Shown piece after piece: positions 8,926-19,517 of a stretch of DNA of 64,000 nucleotides. The stretch's first letter is position 1. Each line of letters starts with the position of its first letter. Both the position numbers and the translations under genes were made by a program. The DNA is from Candidatus Komeilibacteria bacterium. GTDB lineage: Bacteria > Patescibacteriota > Patescibacteriia > UBA1558 > GWA2-36-10. Under the pieces are notes generated by a model. It had not been told where the DNA came from, made no database searches, and saw nothing but the letters and a program-made list of their open reading frames with translations. Location of the stretch: the NCBI GenBank assembly GCA_018656065.1, contig JABHZY010000010.1:4638-68637 (forward strand), written 5' to 3'.

Positions 8926-11900
8926 TTAATCACAAGATCCAACTGTACAAGAATTACTACAACATTGACCATTAATTGTACAACCGCCACCAGGACCTAT
9001 ACAAGGCAAAGTGCAATCCATGTGCCCATCTGGCCCACCATTTGGCATACTAACATCTGAACCACCAGCACCATCACAAATAGTAGAATTAATAACCGTC
9101 ATGGTTTCTACACGCCAATCAGTAGTACTATCTGTAAATAAACCACCTGTGTCTGCAGCAATTGCCTCACCTATATCCTCAAGAGTAACTCCACCATTTA
9201 TAAGTACTGGATTTATAAATACAGGATTATCTTCATCTAAATTACAAGCAGCTACAGCATCTATTAAAACATCAGCATCAGGTAATTCTTCAATGTAATT
9301 ATCATATGTATCCATTCCACTACCGCATGAAGCATGCTCATCACTAACAGGAATAACCACTCTATGATAATCTGGCAACCAAGCATAACTTTCGGCTATT
9401 CTTTTAATAGCGTAACCCCAATCCTCTAAAGATCCATTACTACTACAATCCTGATAGTTAATATCATCGCCAGATCTATAATTACCATATCCTCCACTAG
9501 TATCTACAAGAACACCTCCGTCTATTTCATTAGTAGCATTATCATAAAAACTCAAATATCGAACTTCTGGAAATTGTAATTCATCAGGATCTTCACTTAC
9601 ATCTACCAAATCAGTACAATTTGTATATAAAGCGTTAAAGACGCTCTCACTCTGACCTGATACAAAACCTCTGATATTGTCTGTTTGGGTGGCTGTTAAT
9701 TCCGCACTCACACTTCCATCACCTAAGACAAATATGCTTATTCTATAATTTATGTCCGCATTCTCTGGTAAATCTAACTCTTGAACTACACCATAGGTAG
9801 AATTACATAAATCAGTTGCTTGCGAACTCATACTACCAGACATATCAAATATATAGACAATATCTACATCTTTATTCACTACATAAGCTGGATCAAATCC
9901 ATTATCACAATCTTCATAAGCAGTAAATGCTCCACCTTCATCATTACATTCAAATTCTGTACAATCATACCGACTAGTAGCAAACCATGTTTCGCCAGCA
10001 TCGGTACAATCTGTTTCATTTCCAATAGCGAAATCACTACACTGCCAACTACTACAATTAACACTACACTCACCATCTATTTGTCCATCACCACAATAAC
10101 CGCCCTGATTTATACAATCACTACAAGCATATTGCCAACTCTCAGTAGCAAATTGAGAAAGACTAGATCCACGAGGCCATGGATAATATGATGTATCTTC
10201 TGGATCTCCCCAATCACAACCTTCGTAGTATTGTTGACTCTTTACGCCATCACCACAATAACCACCGGCCATGCCAGGAACTTGACTTATACAGTCTGCT
10301 GCACAAGTGTAAGTATCAATTGGATCAGAATCAACCGGCAAAGGTCTAGTAGGGAAATCTTCTCCATCACAAAGTTCACCATAAATTGTTTGAGCTTCAC
10401 CATCATTACAATAACCACCAGTAGTGCCAACACAATCTACATCACAAGTATACTGATTTGCTATACCACTAGCATCTGGTGCTGGAGGTAATGGATTTTG
10501 TGGTATTCCATCCCAAGGAGTACCCGGATCACACTCTTCGCCATAGTCAGAGAAAGCTACTCCATCTTGTATATCTCCATCACCACAATAACCATCTAAA
10601 GTAGCTGTACAAGCCTCATGGGAGCTACCATTAGTAGCATTATAAGTACCTACATCTCTACAGAGGTATTGATTATATTCATCAGAGAATAATGGCTGAG
10701 GAGTGGTATAAGCAGGTAATCCATTAACATCTAAACCATAATCACACATCTCTTGATCTTCGTATTGTTCTATACCATCGCCACAATATGTATTATCAAA
10801 CTCACAAGACAAAGTACAGCCATAACTAGGTAATGGCAATGGCCCAGTTAATACTGGTACTGGCCCTTCATAAGAAGCATAATCACATGCTTCAACCGGA
10901 TTCCAAACACCTCCTACTGCAATACAATGAGCGGTATTAATTACCTCCTCTTCATTAGGATCACAGTCAGAACAATATACACTACACTCTCCATTTACAA
11001 CTCCATTTCCACAAAGTCCGGGGTAAGGAACTCCTGCTGTACAGGTACGCTCACAAGAATTATTACATTGAATACTACCGCTTAATGTACAGTCCCAACC
11101 TGCTAGACCAGTTGGATTAGCACTAGCATCACATTGTTCCATTCCTTCTGACCAAATGCCGTCACCACAAAGAGCTGCTGGATAAATACCTGCACTATCA
11201 TCACACATTACTTGGCAACCAATACCACAAGACAAATCAGCTGGATTACCATCTACACAAGTATAGCCACTTGGCACTGGTAAGCCCGGTTCACAATTTT
11301 CATAATATGGTTGTAATGTAGCATCACCACAATAACCACCACATTGATTGGCTGTTAATACTGGATCAGGTTCATACCAAGTACACTCTATAAGAAGACC
11401 TGTATCTGTATCAATAGTCCCTGCTGAATAACAACCAACAGTTTGTTCGTTCCACCAAGCTTGCGCGCCTACCACTGGGTAAGCTGGATGAGACCCTGGA
11501 GGAGGAACAGAACAAGCAAAATTCCAAAATTCATTATCACACTCTTCTGTAGGAACCCAATTACCCCCAGCAGCATTACAATTTGCTTGAGCTACTGCTA
11601 TATTAGGATCATCGCATCCTGCACAATCCATTGAACAATGCTCTGGATCAACTACGCCATTGCCACAATACGGACTGGAATTTGCACCAGGGGCATCTAT
11701 TGATACGAAATCACAATGTCCTGCATTATTAATATTCAAATCCATAGTGACTGCTGATCCAGCTAAATTCCCGCCAAAAGTAATTCCAGGCGGTGGATTT
11801 ATACTATCATATTCAAAATTGGCACCTAAATAATAACTTTGTCCAATTCCTTCTATATTATACATATATACTAAAGAATCAGTTGGGCAAATAAAGTCTA

Positions 11901-14900
11901 AAGCCTCTTCATTCCAGCAAGTATCTGCATTATAATCGGGCAAGGTAGTGCCTTCGCCACAAGCATTAAACAAACCTATTGGATCTGACGGCGCAGACAT
12001 AGCAATAGTATTAGAGAATGCTCCTTGCCAAGAAGGCCAAGAACTATTAGTTAAACCATTTAAATAAGATCCTGCATTTAATGGCGGATAATAAGGAACA
12101 CAAGGCAAACCACTTGGACAATCCGCAGGTATTTCACAAGAAATCAGACTATTATTTTCACAAGCTTTATTAGCTTCGCCATAAGCCAATATAGCATTAT
12201 TTATATTTACTAAATCACTAAGACGCTTAGTATCACGACGTAATTTAAGCATTGGTGAATCACATGTATCTGAAAGCCAAGTTGCTGGTGCTGTACAATC
12301 TAATTCATCAGCTCCGCTAAAATCATCACAATACCATGGACAATCAAAATCACTACTACAACTTCTAGCAACTTGACCATTACAGAAATTTTCAGTACCT
12401 CCTGTTAAATTAGTATTTAATTTAAAATTACTTAACATTTGACTATACATATTAAGTGTAGTAGGTCTAGCACCTATATTGTGAGCAATAATATATATAT
12501 TAGTATACATATGTGTTTCTGCATTAGCAGCTGCTATATAAATTGTACTACCAACCTGCAGAGCTTCGTAGCCATCTACCTGTACTAAACTTCCTACTTG
12601 GTCTGAATTTGGTGCATATTCATTATACCAATCCCTTACAGATAAATGATCATCATTTCTCATTACTCTAAAAGCAATAATATCAACTACCGCATCATCT
12701 GCAGATGTATTAGCTATTAACAGTGGGTGATCAGATATTGGCGGCCAGAAAGTAGGACTACAAGCGCTGTTTTCTGCTACTATCCTATATCTGTAAGTAT
12801 GGTCTAAAGCAACTGTATTGTCAGTATATACATAAAGACCATGTTCATTAGGATGGGCACGAGCAGGCACATCAGCTAACGGTTGCCAACCAGCTGGATC
12901 ACCAACTTGTAATCTCCTTATTTGAAAACTTGTTGGATCACCACAGCCTGTTGTACAATCTGGTTGGTTCCAACTAAATTCTAAAGTATTTACTCCATCG
13001 TAAGTATAATTTAAGCTATTTGGACGATTGGCTAAACAAAGTGGCATCGGCTGCCCTTTAGCCTCTTCTGTTCTAAATAAAAATGTAATTTTATCAACTA
13101 AAGAATCTTTATCTTCTTCCTTTATTTCATTATAATAAGCCAAACTACCTAAATAAGGGTGCTGTTCCCCGCTATCAGCATTAGAATAATGGATAGTGGT
13201 TATAAATTCTTCTAAAACATTTGGATCTGGGGATGGCGTAGTATGTGGAACATCAATATATGGAAGCTCTGCCGGAGACGAAGCGTCATAATTTTGACAA
13301 TAGTAAGTAGAAAAATTCCAACCCTCACCGTCATTCCATAGATTACCTAAACTTGGCCATGGTACTTCACAAGTATTTACTTGTAAAGATGCGGAAGTAG
13401 TTAAAACGTTAGTTGCGTCAGAAACCAAGGAAGCTTCTACGCTCAAATTAGTACTACCATTACTATTAGCTGTGCCATATATATTAGCATTAATTAAATT
13501 CTCTGGATGAACCACAGCATCATCAGATGACGCCCAAGCATAAGTCATTGGCGAAGTAGCTAATAAATTACCACGTATATCATAAACAAGGGCTCTGTAT
13601 TGATGTTGGTTACCAGCTGTGCCTGCAGCATCTCCTTCGCAGCCTGCAGAATCTATACAAGTGAAAAGCTCTGCGCCTTCATCATAATCAATTTCTACAC
13701 TATGAATAGTACAAGCTTCAGTACCGGTATTAAACTGAATACTTAGAGAATTACCACCCCCCGGAGGCTGCCCAAACCATAAAGGTGGTATGATTGTATC
13801 TGTAGTAACAATAGTTCCATCTTCACTAGTTATTAAATCTCTATCATCAATTAAAAATCTATGAGTTTTATCGTGATTCAAAAGTTCATCTGGTTGAAAA
13901 TACACTCGAGTAATACCACCTCCCTCAACAAATTGAAGATCGCCACTTATCTCACACCATGAACCCATAGGCAAGCAATCTTCAAATAATTTTACTTGAG
14001 TTCTAAAACTATCTCGGTGTAGTCTACCACCAGATGTATCAAACTCAAGCATTGGCACTGTATTATAACAATAGGTATCTCCAGCTACAAACTCTGGTGG
14101 ATAATGATTTATCAAAATAGACTCATCAGCTACTGAAGCTCCAATTGAAACTTCTAAATCTCCATAGTCTGTAAAAGTAACTCCTTGATCTACTACATCT
14201 ACTTCTATTTCAGTAGCTTGTCCATCTAACACTGTGGCGTATGTAGTAAATATAGGATCTTCAAAAGTAGCATTGTTAAAAGTTCCTAAATCTAATACAT
14301 CATCATTCCAAATATAACTACAAGTGTCACAATAAATTGGCATATCGCCACAACCTGGCATAGAAGTAATTTGTGTCACTACATTATAATCAGTTCCTTG
14401 ACTAGCTCCGACTGACACAAAATTAGGATCCACAGCAACCGCATCAATACGACATTCATTAGTACCGACAGTAAATTGATAAACAGTATCTACACCTAAA
14501 GTGTCTAAAGCTACACTTGTTATACCAGCTCTAAAAGTAATTTCATATGTTTCACCTAAAGTCAGACCTGGATCATTAAGGATCAAAGTTCTCAGGCCAC
14601 CAGTCAATGTATGTCCAGCAGTAATAATAGCTCCATCTGACATCCTGCGAATTTGATATTGACCTCCTAATAAAGTTTCCTCTATTTGTTCATCAAACCT
14701 AGCTCCTATTTCTGCATTAGTACAAGCATTATCTGCCAAACAATCTGGCCAATATTCTAAAAGATTTAAATCACCAGTTGGTGGAATAACTATTGTAATG
14801 CCAGTATCAATAATGAATAGACCACTATCATCTGGTACAGCTACTCCATCATCATTAGTTAAAGTAGCTATGACATCTGTTTGATCGAAGTCAGTAGTCA

Positions 14901-17900
14901 TATCATCTGTTACTTCTATGGTTTGTATATTTGCAGCACTAGTAATACTAGCAATAGTATTGTCTGCTAAGGTCCAAGCATAGGAACAGAACTCACAATA
15001 GACTGGCATATCACCACAACTTGGAGAATGATAAGTGGCGTCAACATTGTAATTCCAAAATCCTCCGGCAGTAGTTAAACGATAAGAGCCTGGACTGACA
15101 TCGGCTCCGTCAGCATAACATTCATCATGGTTTGTACCAAAGTTCCAGGTATATGGATTCTGCAAAGCATGAAGATCAGCACTATTAAATGTATTTGGAA
15201 TAGTTACTGTAAATGTTTCTGCAAAAGGTAAAACGCCAGTATCAAGAATTAATCTTCTTGGATTGGCTAAAGATACAGTAAGGCCTGTTAGATGTTCTCC
15301 TCCTCCACTATCTCTAATGTGAAAATCTGCAAAAACCGCATCTACATTAGCCTGAACTTGATTTTCATCGAAATAAATACTAACTATTGGAGTATTACAA
15401 GACTCAGAACAGTTTGGTTCATAATCATCTACTGTCATGTAATCTGTACTACCTGGAGGTGTTGTACCACTAACATCAACTGTCAAAGGTGTAGTACCTG
15501 AACCAGTGCCATAAGTAAGAGCCGTACCATCAATAGTTAAATTTATATCTATAGGTAATATAGTATTAACCAGTGGTGTAGCATAGACTGTTTGTGCGCC
15601 AAGACCACCTGAATCTATAGTAGCATAAGTAACATCACTACTACTCCAATTCCAAATACAACCTTCACATTGAATAGCTTGCTCACCACAAATTCCTCCA
15701 TCAGCTACAGCATAGCCTTTATAACGAATATCATTAAAAGAATGTGTAGTATAATTATCTGGTAAAATATTTGCTCCAGTAATCTGACAATTAACATCGC
15801 CCACACCGAATGTCCAATCATAGTCACCTACCAAAGAATAACCATCCGTATTTACAAGAGAATTATCAAGATTTTCATTAATAATTACTTTATAATCTTC
15901 ATTTGGTAACAAAGGATCGCCCACATGATCAATTATAATATCTACTCTATAGGCGTCACCTGGTATTGGATAAGGGACACTTAAATTATCTGTATAACTA
16001 TGGCCTGTATCCCAAGCACTACAAGTAGCGTCAAGACATCTATAAATAGCAAAGTCATCTATATTAAGAGGTGTTTGTAAATTAGTATTAAAATCTACAT
16101 AAACTGCCACATTGATACATGAATCATCACAAGTTGGATTATGCCCCTCTACTCTAAGTACGGGAGCTAGTATTACTGGCTCAGTTTGACCAGTTATTGC
16201 GAAATCATTATTAGTAGCTTCTAAAGTGACATGATTTGGCGCAGCAGTATTTTCAGTAGTTGCAGGACCACCTTCTAATCTAGTATATCCTCTATTAACA
16301 TCCATATTTGCAACTGGACCTATGATACTAGCAAAATCTCCTGGCGGAACATAGGGAGGAATTTCAACTGGCTGAGTCAAATTCCATTGCCAATCATAGC
16401 TACCACCACAAACATTACAATTATCTGCTAAAGGAGAGGCATTAAAATTCTTTTCTCTGCCTGGATACATATTGGCTGATGTAGGCTGTGGAGTAACTGC
16501 AACAGTGGTAACTTCACAAAGCAAACCACTATCTCTAGTTTTAAAAGTCCATTCATCAGCTGCTGTAGGAGTCCACTCATCCGCACCAATTTCTGCACCA
16601 AAAGTGCCTAATAATACTTCATACCAAGTGTCTGGCAATAAATCTCCATCTGGAGTATCTGGATTTAAATCAGCATCTGGATTAAATACAAACCCTTCTC
16701 TATCACTATTATGATTTATAATACTGATTATACCCGGCAAAGGACCACCTATATAAGCTGTACAAAATTCATCATCACATTGACGTAATATTATATTAGT
16801 ATCATTAAAATCAGCATCCTCTACATCACGTGTAAATAAAGCTGAAATATTTGAATCCACAAAAGCATCTAGAGACGCTGGCCATTCTGGAAAACCTGTT
16901 TCTGGATTAGTCCACTCATGCTGATCTGGCCATGGGCTTGGAGATTGTAAGCCAGTAGCACAACTATAGTTATAAATTAATTCAAAAGGAGCAGCTTCCG
17001 TACTAACATCCCAAGAATATGAACATGAATTTAAAGTAATCCCACAACTAGCTGCGGCAGTACAATAATCTCCAAATTCTCCTTCACAACATACATTGCC
17101 AGCACCACACTGAACATCTCCAGTACAGGCGCCCACATTAAATGGCAAACCATTACTATCATTACCATCTGCATCTGTAACTACCACTGGACCAGTACTA
17201 GCTCCAATCGGTATTCCAACATCAAGTACTTGATTAGCATTCCAAGCTGAATAACTTGCATTAACACCATTATAAAAATTTACAGTACCAGGTACAGAGC
17301 CTAGATTTTCACCAAAAATTCTAACGTTATTATTAATTGGACCATTATCTGGATTAATAGCACAAATCTGTGGCCCTACCAAAGCATTTGTAACAGTGAA
17401 ATTATCAAAATTATTACTATTAGCTAGATCACCATTTCTTTCTACTCTAATATAGTATGAATCCCCTATTGTCAGAGTATCAGGCACTCTCACAATGATG
17501 TGATCATCAAACCAATAATCTCCACACATAGCTGGAAAATCAAATAAACCTAATTCTTCATCAGCAAGTACGGCAGGATCTGGATCAAAGAATAATCTAC
17601 CTTCATTATCTCCAAAATTTGATCCCATAATAGTAACGTAAGAATCCATTGGACCATTATCTGGAGACAATTCTATAATAACTGGATTTCCTCCTGTGAC
17701 AGACAAAGCTGAAAAAGGAAATGGATTACTAATTATTGGAGTGGCGTCATTTGTACGCATGGTAACACCAATATCACCAACAATATTTGGTACCTGAGCA
17801 TCAGCATCATTTGGTGGAACTACATTAGTGATATGACTATATACTGTATCAAAATAGGCTGTATCAGTAATTGAAAAATTTACACCTTCTATATTAATAA

Positions 17901-19473
17901 CATCCCCATGGGAACCATCGGGTACATCCAGAGCACAAATACCCGGACGACTAACTGCATTTTTAGTAAAACCTAAGAATGGATCACTGGTTTCTCCCCC
18001 ATAGATTGAAGCCTGAATGACTTCTATACTTAATAATTCATCGGCCGCCCCCATAGGTACAGCCATAATAATATAATCATCTGTCCATGTGTCTACACAG
18101 GCTCCATTAATACTAGATGGTAAAGTTCCTGGAATGTCTCCGGCAGTATCTCTAAAAATAACACTACCTCTTTCATTGACGTTAGGATTGCCTAAATCAG
18201 CGTCATCGCCAAAGTCATAACCAAAAATAGTGACTAAAGTTTCGCCTTGTCCATCTTCTGGAGATATAGATTGAATCACTGGAATATCCGCACTAGGGAC
18301 AACTACTGAGCTTTCACAAACGCTATATGGCCTACAAGAATCACTATCACAACAACCAGAATCACAATCTGCATCAGCTGCACAGGTAATATCAAAATAA
18401 TCCCAATCTGCATCACCACCTACATCCACTATTATGTTACTAGCTAAAGCATTAGTTGGCACTGACATATTAATTTGTAAATCAGTCCAAGAACTAACAA
18501 TTAATTCAGCTGGATTAGTTAGGACAGCTTCTGCTCCAGCTACCCAGCCGTCCATAGCTAAACTATCCTCTGTATTTGTAAAACCTTTACCTAAAATTTG
18601 TATATTTCTTGGTAAATCGCCAGTTGGACCGGCAGTAGCCTCATCTGGCACTAAACAATCTACAGTAACACCAGCTGTACCTGCTGTAACTGTAAAACTA
18701 AAGTGAGGTGCTTCAACACTTTCTACACCAGCTGGCAACACATCATTATATAAAATTACTTCATAGAATCCTTCTGCTAAAGTATCTGGGATTTTAACTT
18801 TTACCTTTCTATCTTCCCACATTGGTGAACCATCACATTCTACTATTTCAGCAACTACGCCATTTATCTCCACTCTACCAACTCCTGGTGAGTCATCGCC
18901 ATCTGTATCAAATTGCCAACCACGAATAGTTAAGTTACTACCTACCGGTCCGCTATTTCTATTTAAAGAACAAACTATAGGTTCATCAGGATTTCCTGGT
19001 GCAGAACAAGTAGTAGGTATTGTAGGACAAGTTCCGCAAGTATTACCATTACAACAATCACCTGGTGGGCAATGTATATCTAGCGTACACTCAGGCCCTG
19101 AACCACCTGGGTCTGTAACATCGTATAATTTACTCAGTATAAATCTAGAAATAGCATAGGCAGATAATATAATGACTAATCCAATAACTGCACTAGCAAT
19201 AAGCAATTTAGCCTTCTCTACCTTCTCAGCATTACCTTTAGAGGTCATCCATAAATAACCAGCGTATAACAGTAAAAGAGTCGCTAATATTCCCAAAAAG
19301 CCGAGAAATATATTAATAATTCCTCCAATAGTGTCTCGTATAGATCGCGTACCTAGGACAACTCCTGCATCCGCCAAATCATTAACACCAAACTCTTCTT
19401 GGGCAAAAGCCTTATTAGCAAAGGTTATTGCCAAAATAAGGTTGCTTATTAATAGTGAAAATACTTTTTTCAT
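8926..19473 (-). CDS. giant (3515 aa) multidomain surface adhesin with an N-terminal T4SS-pilin-like two-helix anchor
   Basis: Single uninterrupted ORF. N-terminal signal peptide plus IFLGFLGILATLLLLYAGYLWMTSKGNAEKVEKAK...SAYAISRFIL (TrbC/VirB2-like pilin module, DNA about 19135-19395). Several IPT/TIG-like units (GPVGSNLTIRGWQF, GETLVTIFGYDFG, GPMDSYVTIMGSNFG, GPINNNVRIFGENLG). Many Ig-like modules. An FN3-like unit. A long run of Cys-rich YCGDG/CGNGV..E.CD repeats (DNA about 9900-11700). VWA domain with MIDAS DIVYIFDMSGSMS (DNA about 9300-9880). Cys-knot-like C-terminus. Confidence 0.9.
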   Translation of the reverse strand: MKKVFSLLISNLILAITFANKAFAQEEFGVNDLADAGVVLGTRSIRDTIGGIINIFLGFLGILATLLLLYAGYLWMTSKGNAEKVEKAKLLIASAVIGLVIILSAYAISRFILSKLYDVTDPGGSGPECTLDIHCPPGDCCNGNTCGTCPTIPTTCSAPGNPDEPIVCSLNRNSGPVGSNLTIRGWQFDTDGDDSPGVGRVEINGVVAEIVECDGSPMWEDRKVKVKIPDTLAEGFYEVILYNDVLPAGVESVEAPHFSFTVTAGTAGVTVDCLVPDEATAGPTGDLPRNIQILGKGFTNTEDSLAMDGWVAGAEAVLTNPAELIVSSWTDLQINMSVPTNALASNIIVDVGGDADWDYFDITCAADADCDSGCCDSDSCRPYSVCESSVVVPSADIPVIQSISPEDGQGETLVTIFGYDFGDDADLGNPNVNERGSVIFRDTAGDIPGTLPSSINGACVDTWTDDYIIMAVPMGAADELLSIEVIQASIYGGETSDPFLGFTKNAVSRPGICALDVPDGSHGDVINIEGVNFSITDTAYFDTVYSHITNVVPPNDADAQVPNIVGDIGVTMRTNDATPIISNPFPFSALSVTGGNPVIIELSPDNGPMDSYVTIMGSNFGDNEGRLFFDPDPAVLADEELGLFDFPAMCGDYWFDDHIIVRVPDTLTIGDSYYIRVERNGDLANSNNFDNFTVTNALVGPQICAINPDNGPINNNVRIFGENLGSVPGTVNFYNGVNASYSAWNANQVLDVGIPIGASTGPVVVTDADGNDSNGLPFNVGACTGDVQCGAGNVCCEGEFGDYCTAAASCGITLNSCSYSWDVSTEAAPFELIYNYSCATGLQSPSPWPDQHEWTNPETGFPEWPASLDAFVDSNISALFTRDVEDADFNDTNIILRQCDDEFCTAYIGGPLPGIISIINHNSDREGFVFNPDADLNPDTPDGDLLPDTWYEVLLGTFGAEIGADEWTPTAADEWTFKTRDSGLLCEVTTVAVTPQPTSANMYPGREKNFNASPLADNCNVCGGSYDWQWNLTQPVEIPPYVPPGDFASIIGPVANMDVNRGYTRLEGGPATTENTAAPNHVTLEATNNDFAITGQTEPVILAPVLRVEGHNPTCDDSCINVAVYVDFNTNLQTPLNIDDFAIYRCLDATCSAWDTGHSYTDNLSVPYPIPGDAYRVDIIIDHVGDPLLPNEDYKVIINENLDNSLVNTDGYSLVGDYDWTFGVGDVNCQITGANILPDNYTTHSFNDIRYKGYAVADGGICGEQAIQCEGCIWNWSSSDVTYATIDSGGLGAQTVYATPLVNTILPIDINLTIDGTALTYGTGSGTTPLTVDVSGTTPPGSTDYMTVDDYEPNCSESCNTPIVSIYFDENQVQANVDAVFADFHIRDSGGGEHLTGLTVSLANPRRLILDTGVLPFAETFTVTIPNTFNSADLHALQNPYTWNFGTNHDECYADGADVSPGSYRLTTAGGFWNYNVDATYHSPSCGDMPVYCEFCSYAWTLADNTIASITSAANIQTIEVTDDMTTDFDQTDVIATLTNDDGVAVPDDSGLFIIDTGITIVIPPTGDLNLLEYWPDCLADNACTNAEIGARFDEQIEETLLGGQYQIRRMSDGAIITAGHTLTGGLRTLILNDPGLTLGETYEITFRAGITSVALDTLGVDTVYQFTVGTNECRIDAVAVDPNFVSVGASQGTDYNVVTQITSMPGCGDMPIYCDTCSYIWNDDVLDLGTFNNATFEDPIFTTYATVLDGQATEIEVDVVDQGVTFTDYGDLEVSIGASVADESILINHYPPEFVAGDTYCYNTVPMLEFDTSGGRLHRDSFRTQVKLFEDCLPMGSWCEISGDLQFVEGGGITRVYFQPDELLNHDKTHRFLIDDRDLITSEDGTIVTTDTIIPPLWFGQPPGGGNSLSIQFNTGTEACTIHSVEIDYDEGAELFTCIDSAGCEGDAAGTAGNQHQYRALVYDIRGNLLATSPMTYAWASSDDAVVHPENLINANIYGTANSNGSTNLSVEASLVSDATNVLTTSASLQVNTCEVPWPSLGNLWNDGEGWNFSTYYCQNYDASSPAELPYIDVPHTTPSPDPNVLEEFITTIHYSNADSGEQHPYLGSLAYYNEIKEEDKDSLVDKITFLFRTEEAKGQPMPLCLANRPNSLNYTYDGVNTLEFSWNQPDCTTGCGDPTSFQIRRLQVGDPAGWQPLADVPARAHPNEHGLYVYTDNTVALDHTYRYRIVAENSACSPTFWPPISDHPLLIANTSADDAVVDIIAFRVMRNDDHLSVRDWYNEYAPNSDQVGSLVQVDGYEALQVGSTIYIAAANAETHMYTNIYIIAHNIGARPTTLNMYSQMLSNFKLNTNLTGGTENFCNGQVARSCSSDFDCPWYCDDFSGADELDCTAPATWLSDTCDSPMLKLRRDTKRLSDLVNINNAILAYGEANKACENNSLISCEIPADCPSGLPCVPYYPPLNAGSYLNGLTNSSWPSWQGAFSNTIAMSAPSDPIGLFNACGEGTTLPDYNADTCWNEEALDFICPTDSLVYMYNIEGIGQSYYLGANFEYDSINPPPGITFGGNLAGSAVTMDLNINNAGHCDFVSIDAPGANSSPYCGNGVVDPEHCSMDCAGCDDPNIAVAQANCNAAGGNWVPTEECDNEFWNFACSVPPPGSHPAYPVVGAQAWWNEQTVGCYSAGTIDTDTGLLIECTWYEPDPVLTANQCGGYCGDATLQPYYENCEPGLPVPSGYTCVDGNPADLSCGIGCQVMCDDSAGIYPAALCGDGIWSEGMEQCDASANPTGLAGWDCTLSGSIQCNNSCERTCTAGVPYPGLCGNGVVNGECSVYCSDCDPNEEEVINTAHCIAVGGVWNPVEACDYASYEGPVPVLTGPLPLPSYGCTLSCEFDNTYCGDGIEQYEDQEMCDYGLDVNGLPAYTTPQPLFSDEYNQYLCRDVGTYNATNGSSHEACTATLDGYCGDGDIQDGVAFSDYGEECDPGTPWDGIPQNPLPPAPDASGIANQYTCDVDCVGTTGGYCNDGEAQTIYGELCDGEDFPTRPLPVDSDPIDTYTCAADCISQVPGMAGGYCGDGVKSQQYYEGCDWGDPEDTSYYPWPRGSSLSQFATESWQYACSDCINQGGYCGDGQIDGECSVNCSSWQCSDFAIGNETDCTDAGETWFATSRYDCTEFECNDEGGAFTAYEDCDNGFDPAYVVNKDVDIVYIFDMSGSMSSQATDLCNSTYGVVQELDLPENADINYRISIFVLGDGSVSAELTATQTDNIRGFVSGQSESVFNALYTNCTDLVDVSEDPDELQFPEVRYLSFYDNATNEIDGGVLVDTSGGYGNYRSGDDINYQDCSSNGSLEDWGYAIKRIAESYAWLPDYHRVVIPVSDEHASCGSGMDTYDNYIEELPDADVLIDAVAACNLDEDNPVFINPVLINGGVTLEDIGEAIAADTGGLFTDSTTDWRVETMTVINSTICDGAGGSDVSMPNGGPDGHMDCTLPCIGPGGGCTINGQCCSNSCTVGSCD

Positions 19474-19517
19474 TTTTATATCTTATTTATTGAAAATAAA
19501 TTTTATAATTAGATTTA